Origin: Actinomycetota bacterium
GTDB taxonomy: Bacteria > Actinomycetota > Actinomycetes > JACCUZ01
Length of the DNA: 64,000 nt
Direction of reading: 5' to 3'
Assembly (NCBI GenBank): GCA_030841035.1
Contig: JAVEDI010000054.1
Location: forward strand, 5,048-69,047
A program made the position numbers and the translations under genes. Numbering within the stretch: the first letter of the stretch is position 1; every line of letters starts with the position of its first letter. The notes under the pieces are model-generated. The model was not told the origin of the DNA. It made no database searches and saw only the letters and a program-made list of their open reading frames with translations. Below are positions 23,834 to 35,934 of this stretch, in pieces.

Positions 23834-24859
23834 ATGGTGAGCGGCGGCCGGCTGGTGCTGCTCTCGACGAGCCCGCGGGTGGCCCCGGGCCTGTTGTCCT
23901 GGCAGGCCTGGTCGGTGCTGCGTGCCGGGCGGGTCGTGGTCGCGGACCCCGCCCATCCCGTCCTGCCGTACGTCGGTGCGGCCGGCATCGAGGTCGAGGT
24001 GCCGGTGGACGCCGAGGGTGCACCCGCTCTCGCCCGGTGGCTGCTCGACGCGGCCGCGTCGACCCCCGCCCGGCCCGTGGTCCTGCTGCTCGACCCGCGC
24101 GGCGACGAGGCGTTCACCCTGGCGCTGAGCGGCCTGCTGGTCGGCGGTGCGGCAGGCGCGTTGCCCGAGGTCGAGGTGCTGCCGGGCTCCTACGACCTGC
24201 CTGGTGCCCGGTTGCTCGACCTGGTCACCACCATGGACCGGCTGCGCTCGCCCGGCGGCTGCCCGTGGGACGCCGAGCAGACCCACGAGTCGCTCGTGAC
24301 CTATCTCGTCGAGGAGACCTACGAGACGCTCGAGGCGATCGAGACCGGTGACCGCACCCACCTGCGAGAAGAGCTGGGCGACCTGTTGCTGCAGGTGCTC
24401 TTCCATGCCCGGATCGCCGCCGAGCACCCGCAGGAGCCGTGGTCGATCGACGACGTCGCGGCCGACATCGTGGCCAAGCTGGTGCGCCGCCACCCGCACG
24501 TGTTCGCCGCCGAGGAGACTGCCGGGCGCGCCGCCACCACCGCGGCCACCGCGGCCCAGGTCGAGGCCGGCTGGGAAGCGCTCAAGGCCGCCGAGAAGGG
24601 CCGGTCCTCCTCGGTCGAGGGCGTGCCGATGGCGCTGCCGGCGCTCGCCCTCGCCGGCAAGCTGCTGCACCGGGCGGAGAGCTCGGGCGTCGTGGCCGAG
24701 CACGAGCCGGGTGACTCACTGGGCGGCGCGCTGTTCCGGCTGGTGTCGCAGGCCCGCACGGCCGGGCTGGATCCCGAGACCGAGCTGCGCGCGGAGATCC
24801 GCCGGTTCGTCGCCGCGGTGCAGGCAGCGGAGGATGCCGCACGCGAGGGGAGTCCCTAA
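23834..24859 (+). CDS. mazG: nucleoside triphosphate pyrophosphohydrolase MazG (actinobacterial long form with N-terminal methylase-like domain)
   Basis: C-terminal MazG core (EETYETLEAIETGD...ELGDLLLQVLFHARIA). Follows mfd as in mycobacteria. Confidence 0.85.
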   Translation: MVSGGRLVLLSTSPRVAPGLLSWQAWSVLRAGRVVVADPAHPVLPYVGAAGIEVEVPVDAEGAPALARWLLDAAASTPARPVVLLLDPRGDEAFTLALSGLLVGGAAGALPEVEVLPGSYDLPGARLLDLVTTMDRLRSPGGCPWDAEQTHESLVTYLVEETYETLEAIETGDRTHLREELGDLLLQVLFHARIAAEHPQEPWSIDDVAADIVAKLVRRHPHVFAAEETAGRAATTAATAAQVEAGWEALKAAEKGRSSSVEGVPMALPALALAGKLLHRAESSGVVAEHEPGDSLGGALFRLVSQARTAGLDPETELRAEIRRFVAAVQAAEDAAREGSP

Positions 24860-24869
24860 GGTCGGGCGC

Positions 24870-26540
24870 GTGACCACGCAGCCGACCACCGCAGCTTTCG
24901 CCAGCATCGCCGGGCAGACCCTCGACGGGTTTCTCCAGCGCCATCCCGACGCCGCCACCGGCCTGGGCGACCACCGCTTCGACGACCGGCTGCCGGACCG
25001 GGGCGAGGCGGCCCTTGCCGAGGAGGCCCGGTGGGTGGAGGAGCGGCTGCTCGACCTCGCCGAGCTCGACGGCGCCGGGACCGCGGACTCACCGCTCGCG
25101 CCGGAGGACCGGGTCGACGCCGCCATCCTGCGCAACCGGCTGGAGCTGCGCCGCGTCGAGCTGCGCGACCTGCGCGAGCACGAGTGGAACCCGCTGGTCG
25201 CCAACCCCGGCTCGGCGATCTATGCGCTGCTGGTCCGCGACTTCGCCCCCGTCGGCGAGCGGCTGCGCGCCGCGGCGGGGCGGCTCTCCGGCGTACCTGC
25301 CGCCCTGGAGACGGCACGGCGCACGCTGCGCGACATGCCGCTCGTGCACCTCGAGACGGCGGTCTCGCAGTTCCTCGGTACGCGGACCCTGCTCGCCACG
25401 GAGCTGGAACGCGGGCTGCGCGCGGAGCCGTCGCTGCGCGCGGAGGTGGAGCCGGTGCGCGACCGCGCGGTCGCGGCTCTCGACGAGCACGTGGGGTGGC
25501 TGCGCGGCCAGCTCGAGGCGGCGGACGGCGACCCGCGGCTGGGGGCCGAGCGCTACTCCCGCAAGCTGTCGCTGACGCTGGACACCGCGAGTGACGCCGA
25601 CGCCGTGCTGGCCCGAGCCGAGGCCGACCTGGTGCGGGTCGAGGAGGCGATCGGGCAGACCGCCGCCCGGCTCGCCCCCACGGGTCCCGCCGACGGACGG
25701 GTGCGCCGCGTTCTTGATCGGCTCGCCGGCGAGGGCCACGTCGAGAACGACACGATCGTGGGGCTGTGCAAGGAGGCGATGGCCGACAGTGCCGCGTTCG
25801 TGCGGGAGCACGACCTGCTCACGGTCCACGACGACCCCGTAGAGATCATCGTGATGCCCGAGATACACCGCGGTGTCGCCGTGGCCTACTGCGACCCGCC
25901 CGGACCGCTCGAGGCGACGCCGCTACCCACCTACTTCGCGGTCTCGCCGACGCCGGCCGACTGGTCGCCCGAGCGGGTGTCGTCCTTCTTCCGTGAGTAC
26001 AACTCGCACATGCTGCACAACCTGACGGTGCACGAGGCGATGCCGGGCCACGTCCTGCAGCTGGCGCACAACGCGCGCTTCGCGTCGCCGGTGCCGGTAC
26101 GCAAGGCGTTGTGGAGCGGCTCGTTCGTCGAGGGCTGGGCGGTCTACGCCGAGCAGCTCATGGTCGACACCGGCTACCGCCAGGAGCAGGGCCTCGGCGA
26201 CGCCCTGCGCATGCAGCAGCTGAAGATGGCGCTGCGGATGACCATCAACGCCATCCTCGACGCCCGGGTGCACGCCCGTGGCATGACCGAGCAGGAGGCG
26301 ATGCGGCTGATGACCGAGCGCGGGCACCAGGAGGAGGGCGAGGCGGCGGGCAAGTGGCGCCGCGCGTTGCTGACCAGCGCGCAGCTCTCGACCTACTACG
26401 TCGGCTACGCCGAGGTGAGCGAGCTCGCCCGCGACCTCGCGGCGGCCCGCCCCGACCTGTCGCCGCGCGAGCGGCATGACGCGATGCTCGCCCACGGCTC
26501 ACCCCCGCCCCGCCACCTGCGCACCCTCCTCGCCCTCTGA
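24870..26540 (+). CDS. DUF885 family metallopeptidase-like protein
   Basis: HEAMPGH (HExxxGH) motif and overall DUF885 pattern. GTG 24870 follows the mazG stop. Upstream part of track ORF 24348..26540 is rejected. Confidence 0.7.
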   Translation: MTTQPTTAAFASIAGQTLDGFLQRHPDAATGLGDHRFDDRLPDRGEAALAEEARWVEERLLDLAELDGAGTADSPLAPEDRVDAAILRNRLELRRVELRDLREHEWNPLVANPGSAIYALLVRDFAPVGERLRAAAGRLSGVPAALETARRTLRDMPLVHLETAVSQFLGTRTLLATELERGLRAEPSLRAEVEPVRDRAVAALDEHVGWLRGQLEAADGDPRLGAERYSRKLSLTLDTASDADAVLARAEADLVRVEEAIGQTAARLAPTGPADGRVRRVLDRLAGEGHVENDTIVGLCKEAMADSAAFVREHDLLTVHDDPVEIIVMPEIHRGVAVAYCDPPGPLEATPLPTYFAVSPTPADWSPERVSSFFREYNSHMLHNLTVHEAMPGHVLQLAHNARFASPVPVRKALWSGSFVEGWAVYAEQLMVDTGYRQEQGLGDALRMQQLKMALRMTINAILDARVHARGMTEQEAMRLMTERGHQEEGEAAGKWRRALLTSAQLSTYYVGYAEVSELARDLAAARPDLSPRERHDAMLAHGSPPPRHLRTLLAL

Positions 26541-26597
26541 CCCCCGTCCCGGCCTCGGGCGCGGAAGCCCGACCCGCGGGCCTGTCCCGACGTCCGG

Positions 26598-27041
26598 TCA
26601 GTCCGCGGTCGCGACCTTCCGCAGCACCTCGTTGAGCCGGTGCAGCACGTCGCCCAGCTCGCGGCGCTGCTCGGCGTCCCAGTCGCCGAAGTGCCCGGCG
26701 ATGCGCGCCTGCCGGTGGCGGCGCAGCGCCCGGGCCGCGGCGACACCCTCCGGGGTGGCCTCCACGACCGTCGCGCGGGCGTCACCCGGCAGCGACGTAC
26801 GTCGGATGTGGCCGGCCCGGTCGAGGGCGGCCAGCTGTCGGGTCACGGTGGACCCGTCCAGGCCCAGCGAACTGGCGAGCTCGGCGACGCGCTGCGGTCC
26901 ACCGCTGCCCAGTCGGCGCAGCAGGAGGTAGGCGGCGCGCTCCATCGGGTACCTCTGCCGGCGCTGCACCGCCTCGAGCCAGCGGGCGAGCATCAGCAGC
27001 TCCGTCTCGATCTCATCGATGTCTGAAGGCGTCCGGGCCAT
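26598..27041 (-). CDS. MarR-family transcriptional regulator
   Basis: 147-aa product with MarR wHTH (LLRRLGSGGPQRVAELASSLGLDGSTVTRQLAALDRAGHIRR). Divergent from the MFS gene. Confidence 0.78.
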   Translation of the reverse strand: MARTPSDIDEIETELLMLARWLEAVQRRQRYPMERAAYLLLRRLGSGGPQRVAELASSLGLDGSTVTRQLAALDRAGHIRRTSLPGDARATVVEATPEGVAAARALRRHRQARIAGHFGDWDAEQRRELGDVLHRLNEVLRKVATAD

Positions 27042-27101
27042 GGGTGTATCATAGCGAAGATAACTGTACGATACAGCGATCTCGGAGCAGTGGTTGAAGC
27101 G
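27042..27101. promoter_or_regulatory. MarR/MFS divergent control region with inverted repeats (TGTATC..GATACA; 13-bp palindrome CTGTAcgaTACAG at 27064-27076)
   Basis: Read directly from the 60-nt region between the two divergent start codons. Confidence 0.45.
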
Positions 27102-29799
<2,698 letters not shown>

Positions 29800-29809
29800 G
29801 GGCGGGCGG

Positions 29810-30223
29810 ATGACCGACCCGCAGCCGTCGGGTCGGCGGCGCGCGAACTTCACCGGTCGTGCCGCCGTCTTCGCGCTTGTGGTCTGCATGCTGGCGATCT
29901 CGCTGGCCTACCCGCTGCGCGAGTACCTCGCTCAGCGCGGCGAGATCGGCAACTACCGCGCCCAGGTCTCGGCACAGCAGAAGCGGGTCGCGCAGCTGCA
30001 GCACCAGCGCGCGCAGTGGCGGGACCCGGCCTTCGTGCGACGGCAGGCACGCGAGCGGCTGCACTTCGTGATGCCGGGAGAGACGTCCTACGTCGTGCTC
30101 GGTCCCGACGAGGCTCCGGCTGCCGAGGGGGTGGCGGACGACACCCGGGCACCCGTGCCCCGCAGTCCGTGGTTCACGGATCTGTGGCGCAGCGTGGAGG
30201 TCGCCGGCAGGGCGAGGAAGTGA
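29810..30223 (+). CDS. septum formation initiator family protein (FtsB/DivIC-like)
   Basis: Single TM segment plus coiled-coil product, located immediately after eno as in mycobacteria. Confidence 0.7.
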   Translation: MTDPQPSGRRRANFTGRAAVFALVVCMLAISLAYPLREYLAQRGEIGNYRAQVSAQQKRVAQLQHQRAQWRDPAFVRRQARERLHFVMPGETSYVVLGPDEAPAAEGVADDTRAPVPRSPWFTDLWRSVEVAGRARK

Positions 30224-30735
30224 TGGAGGCCGCCGACGTCGAGGCGGTGGCGCGACAGCTCGCCCGTCCGCCCCGCGGCCTGCGCCGGGTCGCGCACCGC
30301 TGCCCCTGCGCTGCCCCGGACGTGGTGGAGACGGCGCCGCGGCTGCCCGACGGCACGCCGTTCCCGACTCTCTACTACCTCACCTGCCCGCGCGCGGCGG
30401 GCGCCATCGGCACGCTCGAGGCGAGCGGCGTGATGCGCGAGATGACCGAGCGGCTGGCGGTCGACGAGGACCTGCGGGCCCGCTACGCAGCGGCCCACGA
30501 GGAGTACGTCGACCGGCGCGAGGCGCTCGAGCGGGTCCCCGAGATCGCCGGCGTCTCGGCCGGCGGCATGCCCGACCGGGTCAAGTGCCTGCACGTCCTC
30601 GTCGCCCACGCGCTCGCCGCCGGGCCGGGTGTGAACCCGTTGGGCGACGAGGCGCTCGCCATGCTGCCCGACTGGTGGGCGGCGGGCTCCTGCGTGCGGG
30701 AGCCGGTCAGCGGCGACGAGGAGGCGGCGCGGTGA
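30223..30735 (+). CDS. DUF501 domain protein
   Basis: ATG overlaps the upstream TGA (ATGA). Conserved position between ftsB-like and ppx. Confidence 0.65.
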   Translation: MEAADVEAVARQLARPPRGLRRVAHRCPCAAPDVVETAPRLPDGTPFPTLYYLTCPRAAGAIGTLEASGVMREMTERLAVDEDLRARYAAAHEEYVDRREALERVPEIAGVSAGGMPDRVKCLHVLVAHALAAGPGVNPLGDEALAMLPDWWAAGSCVREPVSGDEEAAR

Positions 30736-31670
30736 CCCGCGTCGCAGCGGTCGACTGCGGCACCAACTCGATCAGGCTGCTCGTGGCCGACCTGAACCCC
30801 GTCGCCGGCACGCTGCACGATGTTCACCGACGCATGGAGATCGTGCGGCTGGGTCAGGACGTCGACCGCACGGGTCGGTTCGCGCCGCAGGCCATTGCCC
30901 GGACGCTCGCGGCCTGCCGGACCTACGCCGACATCGTGCGCGACGCGCGGGCGGAACGGCTGCGGTTCGTGGCGACCTCGGCGTCGCGCGACGTGTCGAA
31001 CCGGGAGGAGTTCGTCGAGGGCGTGCGCGAGGCGCTCGGTGTGGAACCCGAGGTCGTCACCGGTGACGAGGAGGCAGCGCTCTCCTTCGCCGGCGCGGTC
31101 CGTGAGCTCGCCGGCGAGGTCGCTGCGCCCGTCCTGGTGGTGGACATCGGTGGTGGCTCCACCGAGCTGGTGCTGGGCGACCGGTCGGTACGGGCCGCGC
31201 GATCGGTCGATGTCGGCTGTGTCCGGCTCACCGAGCGGCACCTGCACGCCGATCCCCCCAGCGACCGCGAGGTCGCCGCGGCGCGGGCCGACATCGACGC
31301 CGCCCTGTCCAGCGCGGCGCAGACCGTGCCGCTCGCCGACGCGAAGACCCTCGTCGGGCTGGCCGGCTCGGTCACGACGGTGGCGGCGATGGCGCTGGAC
31401 CTGCCGCGCTACCAGCCCGAGCGCATCCACCACGCGCGCATCCCGGTGGCAGCCGTGCACGAGGTCGCGCACCGGCTGCTGACCATGACGCACGACGAGC
31501 GCGCTGCGCTGCCGTTCATGCACCCCGGCCGCGTCGACGTGATCGGCGGCGGTGCGCTCGTGCTCGCGTCGGTGCTCGACCGGGTGCCCGTCGAGGAGGT
31601 CGTCGTCAGCGAGCACGACATCCTGGACGGCATCGCGTGGTCGCTGGTCGAGAGCCACCTGTCCGGCTGA
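30732..31670 (+). CDS. ppx: exopolyphosphatase / Ppx-GppA family phosphatase
   Basis: ASKHA-fold motifs (AAVDCGTNSIRLLVA; VVDIGGGSTELV). GTG overlaps the DUF501 stop. Confidence 0.85.
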   Translation: MTRVAAVDCGTNSIRLLVADLNPVAGTLHDVHRRMEIVRLGQDVDRTGRFAPQAIARTLAACRTYADIVRDARAERLRFVATSASRDVSNREEFVEGVREALGVEPEVVTGDEEAALSFAGAVRELAGEVAAPVLVVDIGGGSTELVLGDRSVRAARSVDVGCVRLTERHLHADPPSDREVAAARADIDAALSSAAQTVPLADAKTLVGLAGSVTTVAAMALDLPRYQPERIHHARIPVAAVHEVAHRLLTMTHDERAALPFMHPGRVDVIGGGALVLASVLDRVPVEEVVVSEHDILDGIAWSLVESHLSG

Positions 31671-31815
31671 GACCGCCCCTTCCCGCCGCGCGGACCGCTG
31701 CCGCGCGCAGGCCGCAGACGGACACCCCCTGGTGTGTCGGGGCAGCCACCTGACAAGGTTCCCCCGCCGAGGATCGCCAGCCGGGCGCTCCCGCCGATCG
31801 AGGAGGTTCCCGCCC

Positions 31816-32499
31816 GTGGGTGAGATGGTCAGCTTCGCCAGCAACGGTGGCCGATGCGAGGGCTACCTCGCCGTGCCCGAGTCCGGCCGGGGCGCCGGCG
31901 TCATCGTCATCCAGGAATGGTGGGGGCTCGTCGGTCACGTGACCAACCTGGCCGACCGGTTCGCCGCCCAGGGCTACGTCGCCCTGGCACCCGACTTCTA
32001 CCACGGTGCCACGACCGACGAGCCGGACGAGGCGATGCGGCTGCTGATGGGGATGGCGATGGACCAGGCGGCCAAGGACATCCAGGGCGCGGCCCGCTAC
32101 CTCACGGCGCGCGAGGAGGTGACCAGCAGCGGCGTCGGTGCGGTCGGCTTCTGCATGGGTGGCTCCTTGGCGCTCTGGAGCGGAGCACTGGCCGAGGAGG
32201 TCAAGGTCGCGGTCGGCTTCTATCCCGCGATCCCGTGGGAGAACATGGCGCCCACCTGGGGCAACTACGCCAACAAGAGCGCGATGATCCACGCGTCAGA
32301 GGAGGACGGCACCTCCAAGTCCGAGGGGGTGCAGGCGGCGGTCAAGGGCATCCAGGAGGCCGGGGGCGACGTGGAGACCTACGACTACCCGGGATCGCGC
32401 CACGCGTTCTTCAACGACCAGCGCCCCGAGGTCTACAGCGAGGAGCACGCCACGACCGCCTGGCGGCGCACCATCGACCTGCTCGGCAGCCGGCTCTGA
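31816..32499 (+). CDS. dienelactone hydrolase family protein
   Basis: GVIVIQEWWGL...GFCMGG nucleophile elbow...SRHAF. AGGAGG lies 9 nt upstream of GTG 31816. Confidence 0.72.
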   Translation: MGEMVSFASNGGRCEGYLAVPESGRGAGVIVIQEWWGLVGHVTNLADRFAAQGYVALAPDFYHGATTDEPDEAMRLLMGMAMDQAAKDIQGAARYLTAREEVTSSGVGAVGFCMGGSLALWSGALAEEVKVAVGFYPAIPWENMAPTWGNYANKSAMIHASEEDGTSKSEGVQAAVKGIQEAGGDVETYDYPGSRHAFFNDQRPEVYSEEHATTAWRRTIDLLGSRL

Positions 32500-32502
32500 G
32501 GC

Positions 32503-33342
32503 ATGGCTGATCGTCGGGTCCCGACCGACCGGTTCCCCAGCCCGGTCCCGCCCGGCACCGGGTGGCCGGGGGACCCGGCGACCTGCGCCACCCCCGTGGC
32601 GCGCCGTCCCGGCGACGTACGTCGTCGCGCGGCCGCGGCGCCCTCGTTGGCGCAGCTCAGCGCCGAGGTGTCGGTGTGCCGGGCCTGCCCCCGTCTCGTG
32701 CGGTGGCGCGAGGAGGTGGCGGTCGCCAAGCGCCGCTCCTTCGCCGGCGAGCCCTACTGGGGACGTCCGATCCCGGGTTGGGGTGACCCCGACCCGGCCG
32801 TGCTGGTCGTCGGCCTCGCCCCCGCCGCGCACGGCGGCAACCGGACCGGTCGCATCTTCACCGGTGACCGCAGCGGCGACTGGCTGTTCGCGGCGCTGCA
32901 CCGGGCCGGGCTGGCCACCCGGCCGACGAGCACCCGGGCCGACGACGGTCAGCGGCTGATCGGCACCCGCATGGTCGCGGCGGTGCGCTGCGCACCGCCG
33001 GCCAACGCGCCCACGCCCGCCGAACGCGACACCTGCGCGCCGTGGCTGGACGCCGAGATCGCCTTGGTCCACCCCGGTCTGCGGGTGGCGGTGGCGCTCG
33101 GCGGGTTCGCGTGGCAGGCGCTGCTGGGCTCACTCGTGCGGCAGGGGGCCGCCGTCCCGAGGCCCCGGCCGAAGTTCGGGCACCTCGCCGAGGTGCGCGT
33201 CGGCGGGCTGCTGGTGCTCGGCTCGTTCCACCCGAGCCAGCAGAACACCTTCACGGGCCGGCTCACCGAGGCGATGCTCGACGACGTGTTTCGTCGGGCA
33301 GTGCAGGCGTCCGGGGACCGGCTACCTACGCTGGGTGCATGA
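32503..33342 (+). CDS. Fe-S uracil-DNA glycosylase family protein (family 4/5, UdgB-like)
   Basis: Cys cluster (CRACPRL...C) and [19 protein letters not shown] motif. The N-terminal part of the ORF may be over-extended. Confidence 0.65.
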   Translation: MADRRVPTDRFPSPVPPGTGWPGDPATCATPVARRPGDVRRRAAAAPSLAQLSAEVSVCRACPRLVRWREEVAVAKRRSFAGEPYWGRPIPGWGDPDPAVLVVGLAPAAHGGNRTGRIFTGDRSGDWLFAALHRAGLATRPTSTRADDGQRLIGTRMVAAVRCAPPANAPTPAERDTCAPWLDAEIALVHPGLRVAVALGGFAWQALLGSLVRQGAAVPRPRPKFGHLAEVRVGGLLVLGSFHPSQQNTFTGRLTEAMLDDVFRRAVQASGDRLPTLGA

Positions 33343-34655
33343 CGCAGGAACGCACCCGCATCCTGATCGTCGGCGGCGGCTACGTCGGCATGTACACCGC
33401 GCTGCGGCTGCAGAAGCGGCTGCGCCGCGAGCTGCGTGAGAAGAAGGTCGAGGTCGTCGTCGTCGACCCTCGCTCGTACATGACCTACCAGCCGTTCCTG
33501 CCTGAGGCGGCGGCGGGCAGCGTCGAGCCGCGCCACGTCGTCGTGCCCTTGCGCCGAGTGCTGCGACGGTGTGTGATCCTCACCGGCCGCGTCGACTCGG
33601 TGGACCACGGCCGGCGGGTGGCGCGCATCCAGCCGGTGCGCGGGGACGCCTACGACCTGAGCTACGACGTCGTCGTCATCGCCCCGGGCTCCATCGCCCG
33701 CACCCTGCCGATCCCGGGCCTGGCCGAGCTGGGCATCGGGTTCAAGCAGGTCGAGGAGGCCATCGCCCTGCGCAACCAGGTGCTCGAGATGCTCGACATC
33801 GCGACGAGCATCACCGACCACGCAGCGCGGCGGGCGCTGCTGAGCTTCGTGTTCGTCGGTGGTGGCTACGCCGGCATCGAGGCGCTCGCCGAGCTGGAGG
33901 ACATGGCGGCCTACGCCATGCGCTACTACCCCGAGCTGTCCCAGGGCGACCTGCGCTGGGTGCTGGTGGAGGCAACCGGGCGCATCCTCCCGGAGGTCGG
34001 CGAGGACATGGGCCGCTACACCGTGGAGGAGCTGCGCAAGCGCGGGATCGAGGTGCGGCTCGAGACCCGTCTCGAGTCCTGCGTCGGCGGCCACATCGTG
34101 CTCTCCGACGGGGAGGAGTTCGACGCCGAGACGCTCGTGTGGACGGCAGGCGTCAAGCCGAACCCGATGCTGGCGCGCACCGACCTGCCCCTGGACGAGA
34201 AGGGCCGGGTGAAGTGCCGGCCCGACCTGCGGATCGACGGGGTCGAGGGCGCGTGGGCGGCCGGCGACGCGGCGGCGGTGCCCGACGTGACCGGGCCCCC
34301 CGGCGCGACGACCGGACCCAGCGCGCAGCACGCCGTACGACAGGGGAAGGTCCTCGGCGACAACATCGCGCGGCTGCTGCGCGGTGGCACGACCTCGGCC
34401 TACATCCACAAGTACGTCGGCTCGGTCGCCTCCCTCGGTCTGCACAAAGGTGTGGCGCAGGTCTACGGGGTCAAGCTGCGCGGCTTCCCGGCGTGGTTCA
34501 TGCACCGCAGCTACCACGTCAGCCGGGTGCCGACGTTCAACCGCAAGGCCCGGATCATCCTCGACTGGACGCTCGCGCTGTTCTTCCGCCGCGACATCGT
34601 GTCGCTCGGCTCGCTGCAGCGGCCGCGTCAGGAGTTCACCGAGGCCACCCGGTGA
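33339..34655 (+). CDS. ndh: type II NADH:quinone oxidoreductase (NDH-2)
   Basis: Two dinucleotide-binding GxGxxG motifs ([10 protein letters not shown]; [10 protein letters not shown]). ATG overlaps the upstream TGA. Confidence 0.88.
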   Translation: MTQERTRILIVGGGYVGMYTALRLQKRLRRELREKKVEVVVVDPRSYMTYQPFLPEAAAGSVEPRHVVVPLRRVLRRCVILTGRVDSVDHGRRVARIQPVRGDAYDLSYDVVVIAPGSIARTLPIPGLAELGIGFKQVEEAIALRNQVLEMLDIATSITDHAARRALLSFVFVGGGYAGIEALAELEDMAAYAMRYYPELSQGDLRWVLVEATGRILPEVGEDMGRYTVEELRKRGIEVRLETRLESCVGGHIVLSDGEEFDAETLVWTAGVKPNPMLARTDLPLDEKGRVKCRPDLRIDGVEGAWAAGDAAAVPDVTGPPGATTGPSAQHAVRQGKVLGDNIARLLRGGTTSAYIHKYVGSVASLGLHKGVAQVYGVKLRGFPAWFMHRSYHVSRVPTFNRKARIILDWTLALFFRRDIVSLGSLQRPRQEFTEATR

Positions 34656-35173
34656 GCCTGCTCGCCGTGACCGTCATCGGTCACGACCGGCCGGGCATCA
34701 TCGCCGAGACGACGGCCGCGCTCGCGCGGCTCGGGGGCAACCTCGAGGACTCCACGATGACGATCCTGCGCGGTCACTTCGCCATGGTGCTGCTCGTCTC
34801 CGCCGACGTCCGGGCCGGCGACGTCGAGGCCGGCCTGGCGGTGCTGACCGTGGACGGCACGCTGAAGGTCACGGTGCGCGAGGTCCCGCAGGAGCCCGAC
34901 GTCGCGCCCACCGGCGCGACGGCGTACCTCCTCTCGGTGCACGGCGCCGACCGGCCCGGCATCGTGTCGGCAGTCACGGCCGTCGTCGCGTCCGGTGGCG
35001 GCAACATCACTGACCTCTCGACGAGGCTCACGGGCGAGCTGTACGTGCTGCTCGCGGAGGTCGACCTGCCCGCGTCTGCCGACGCCGCCGGGCTCGGCGC
35101 CAGGCTCGCCCGGGTGGCCGACAGCCTGGGCGTCGAGGTGTCACTGACCCCCATCGACAGCGACCTGATGTGA
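34652..35173 (+). CDS. ACT-domain protein (GcvR-like, tandem ACT)
   Basis: C-terminal 173 aa of track ORF 33569..35173. Two ACT-like repeats (VTVIGHDRPGIIAETT...; LLSVHGADRPGIVSAVT...). GTG overlaps the ndh TGA. Confidence 0.6.
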   Translation: MSLLAVTVIGHDRPGIIAETTAALARLGGNLEDSTMTILRGHFAMVLLVSADVRAGDVEAGLAVLTVDGTLKVTVREVPQEPDVAPTGATAYLLSVHGADRPGIVSAVTAVVASGGGNITDLSTRLTGELYVLLAEVDLPASADAAGLGARLARVADSLGVEVSLTPIDSDLM

Positions 35174-35700
35174 CGCTGCTGCCCCCGCTGCCGCACGGCC
35201 GGGTGCGTCCGGTCGTCCGGGCTCCCGCGGCGGTGCTGACCCGCAGGGCCGAGGACGTCGACCCGCGCGACCCCGAGGTGGTCCAGCTGGCGGCCGACCT
35301 CCTGGCCACCCAGCGGGTGTCGCCCGGGTGCGTCGGGCTGGCCGCGCCTCAGATCGGCGTCGGCTGGCGGCTGTTCTCCCTGGACGTGACGGGACACCCC
35401 AAGACGCGCTCCTGCCACGGACCGGTCGTGCTCGCCAACCCCAGCGTCGTCGCGGCCTCGCGGAAGGAGCGGGGCCGGGAGGGGTGCATGTCCGTGCCCG
35501 AGCTGACCGGCGACGTACGCCGCGCCACCCAGGTGCTCGTCGCCGGCGTGGTGCCGGTCACGGGGGCCGCGCTGACCGTGGAGACCGACGCGTTCGAGGC
35601 CCGGGCGTTCCAGCACGAGATCGACCATCTCGACGGCTTGCTGTTCCTCGACCGGGTGGCGGGCGCCCACGGGCTGCACGCGCGCTCGGTGTACCTGTGA
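35170..35700 (+). CDS. def: peptide deformylase
   Basis: GVGLAAPQIG, EGCMS and HEIDHL motifs. Confidence 0.88.
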   Translation: MTLLPPLPHGRVRPVVRAPAAVLTRRAEDVDPRDPEVVQLAADLLATQRVSPGCVGLAAPQIGVGWRLFSLDVTGHPKTRSCHGPVVLANPSVVAASRKERGREGCMSVPELTGDVRRATQVLVAGVVPVTGAALTVETDAFEARAFQHEIDHLDGLLFLDRVAGAHGLHARSVYL

Positions 35701-35733
35701 GGGGTGGGCGCGAGGCAGTAACCTGCGCGCGCG

Positions 35734-35809
35734 GCCCCCGTAGCCCAACCGGCCGAGGCGCTCGTCTTAAAAACGAGGTCACATGTGGGTTCGAGTCCCA
35801 CCGGGGGCA
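35734..35809 (+). tRNA. tRNA-Leu(UAA)-like gene with atypical architecture (class-II-type D-arm but only 7-nt variable region)
   Basis: Hand fold: acceptor GCCCCCG/CGGGGGC, 3-bp D-stem GCC/GGC with 11-nt loop containing GG, anticodon arm CTCGT-cTTAAAa-ACGAG (anticodon TAA), variable GTCACAT, T-arm GTGGG-TTCGAGT-CCCAC, discriminator A. Confidence 0.55.
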
Positions 35810-35934
35810 CCCCACGATGGTCCACGCCGCTGCGTCGCACGGTGAGCGCATCGCGGCGGGAACGCCCCACCGGGCAGGGACGTTACGCTGGGTATCTGAT
35901 CCCGTGCCGTGCGGGACGACCCCGGAGGGGAGTC

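Noticed and set aside
31670-31815. Palindromic GC-rich hairpins after ppx (e.g. GACACCccctGGTGTGTC) as an intrinsic terminator
   Set aside because: No U-rich tract follows them. Such hairpins are common in this GC range and there is no further support.
33042-33338. N-terminal 99 aa of ORF 33042..34655 upstream of ndh
   Set aside because: This part overlaps the end of the UDG gene in another frame and is Arg/Ala-rich. The NDH-2 fold begins at ATG 33339 with the first GxGxxG motif.
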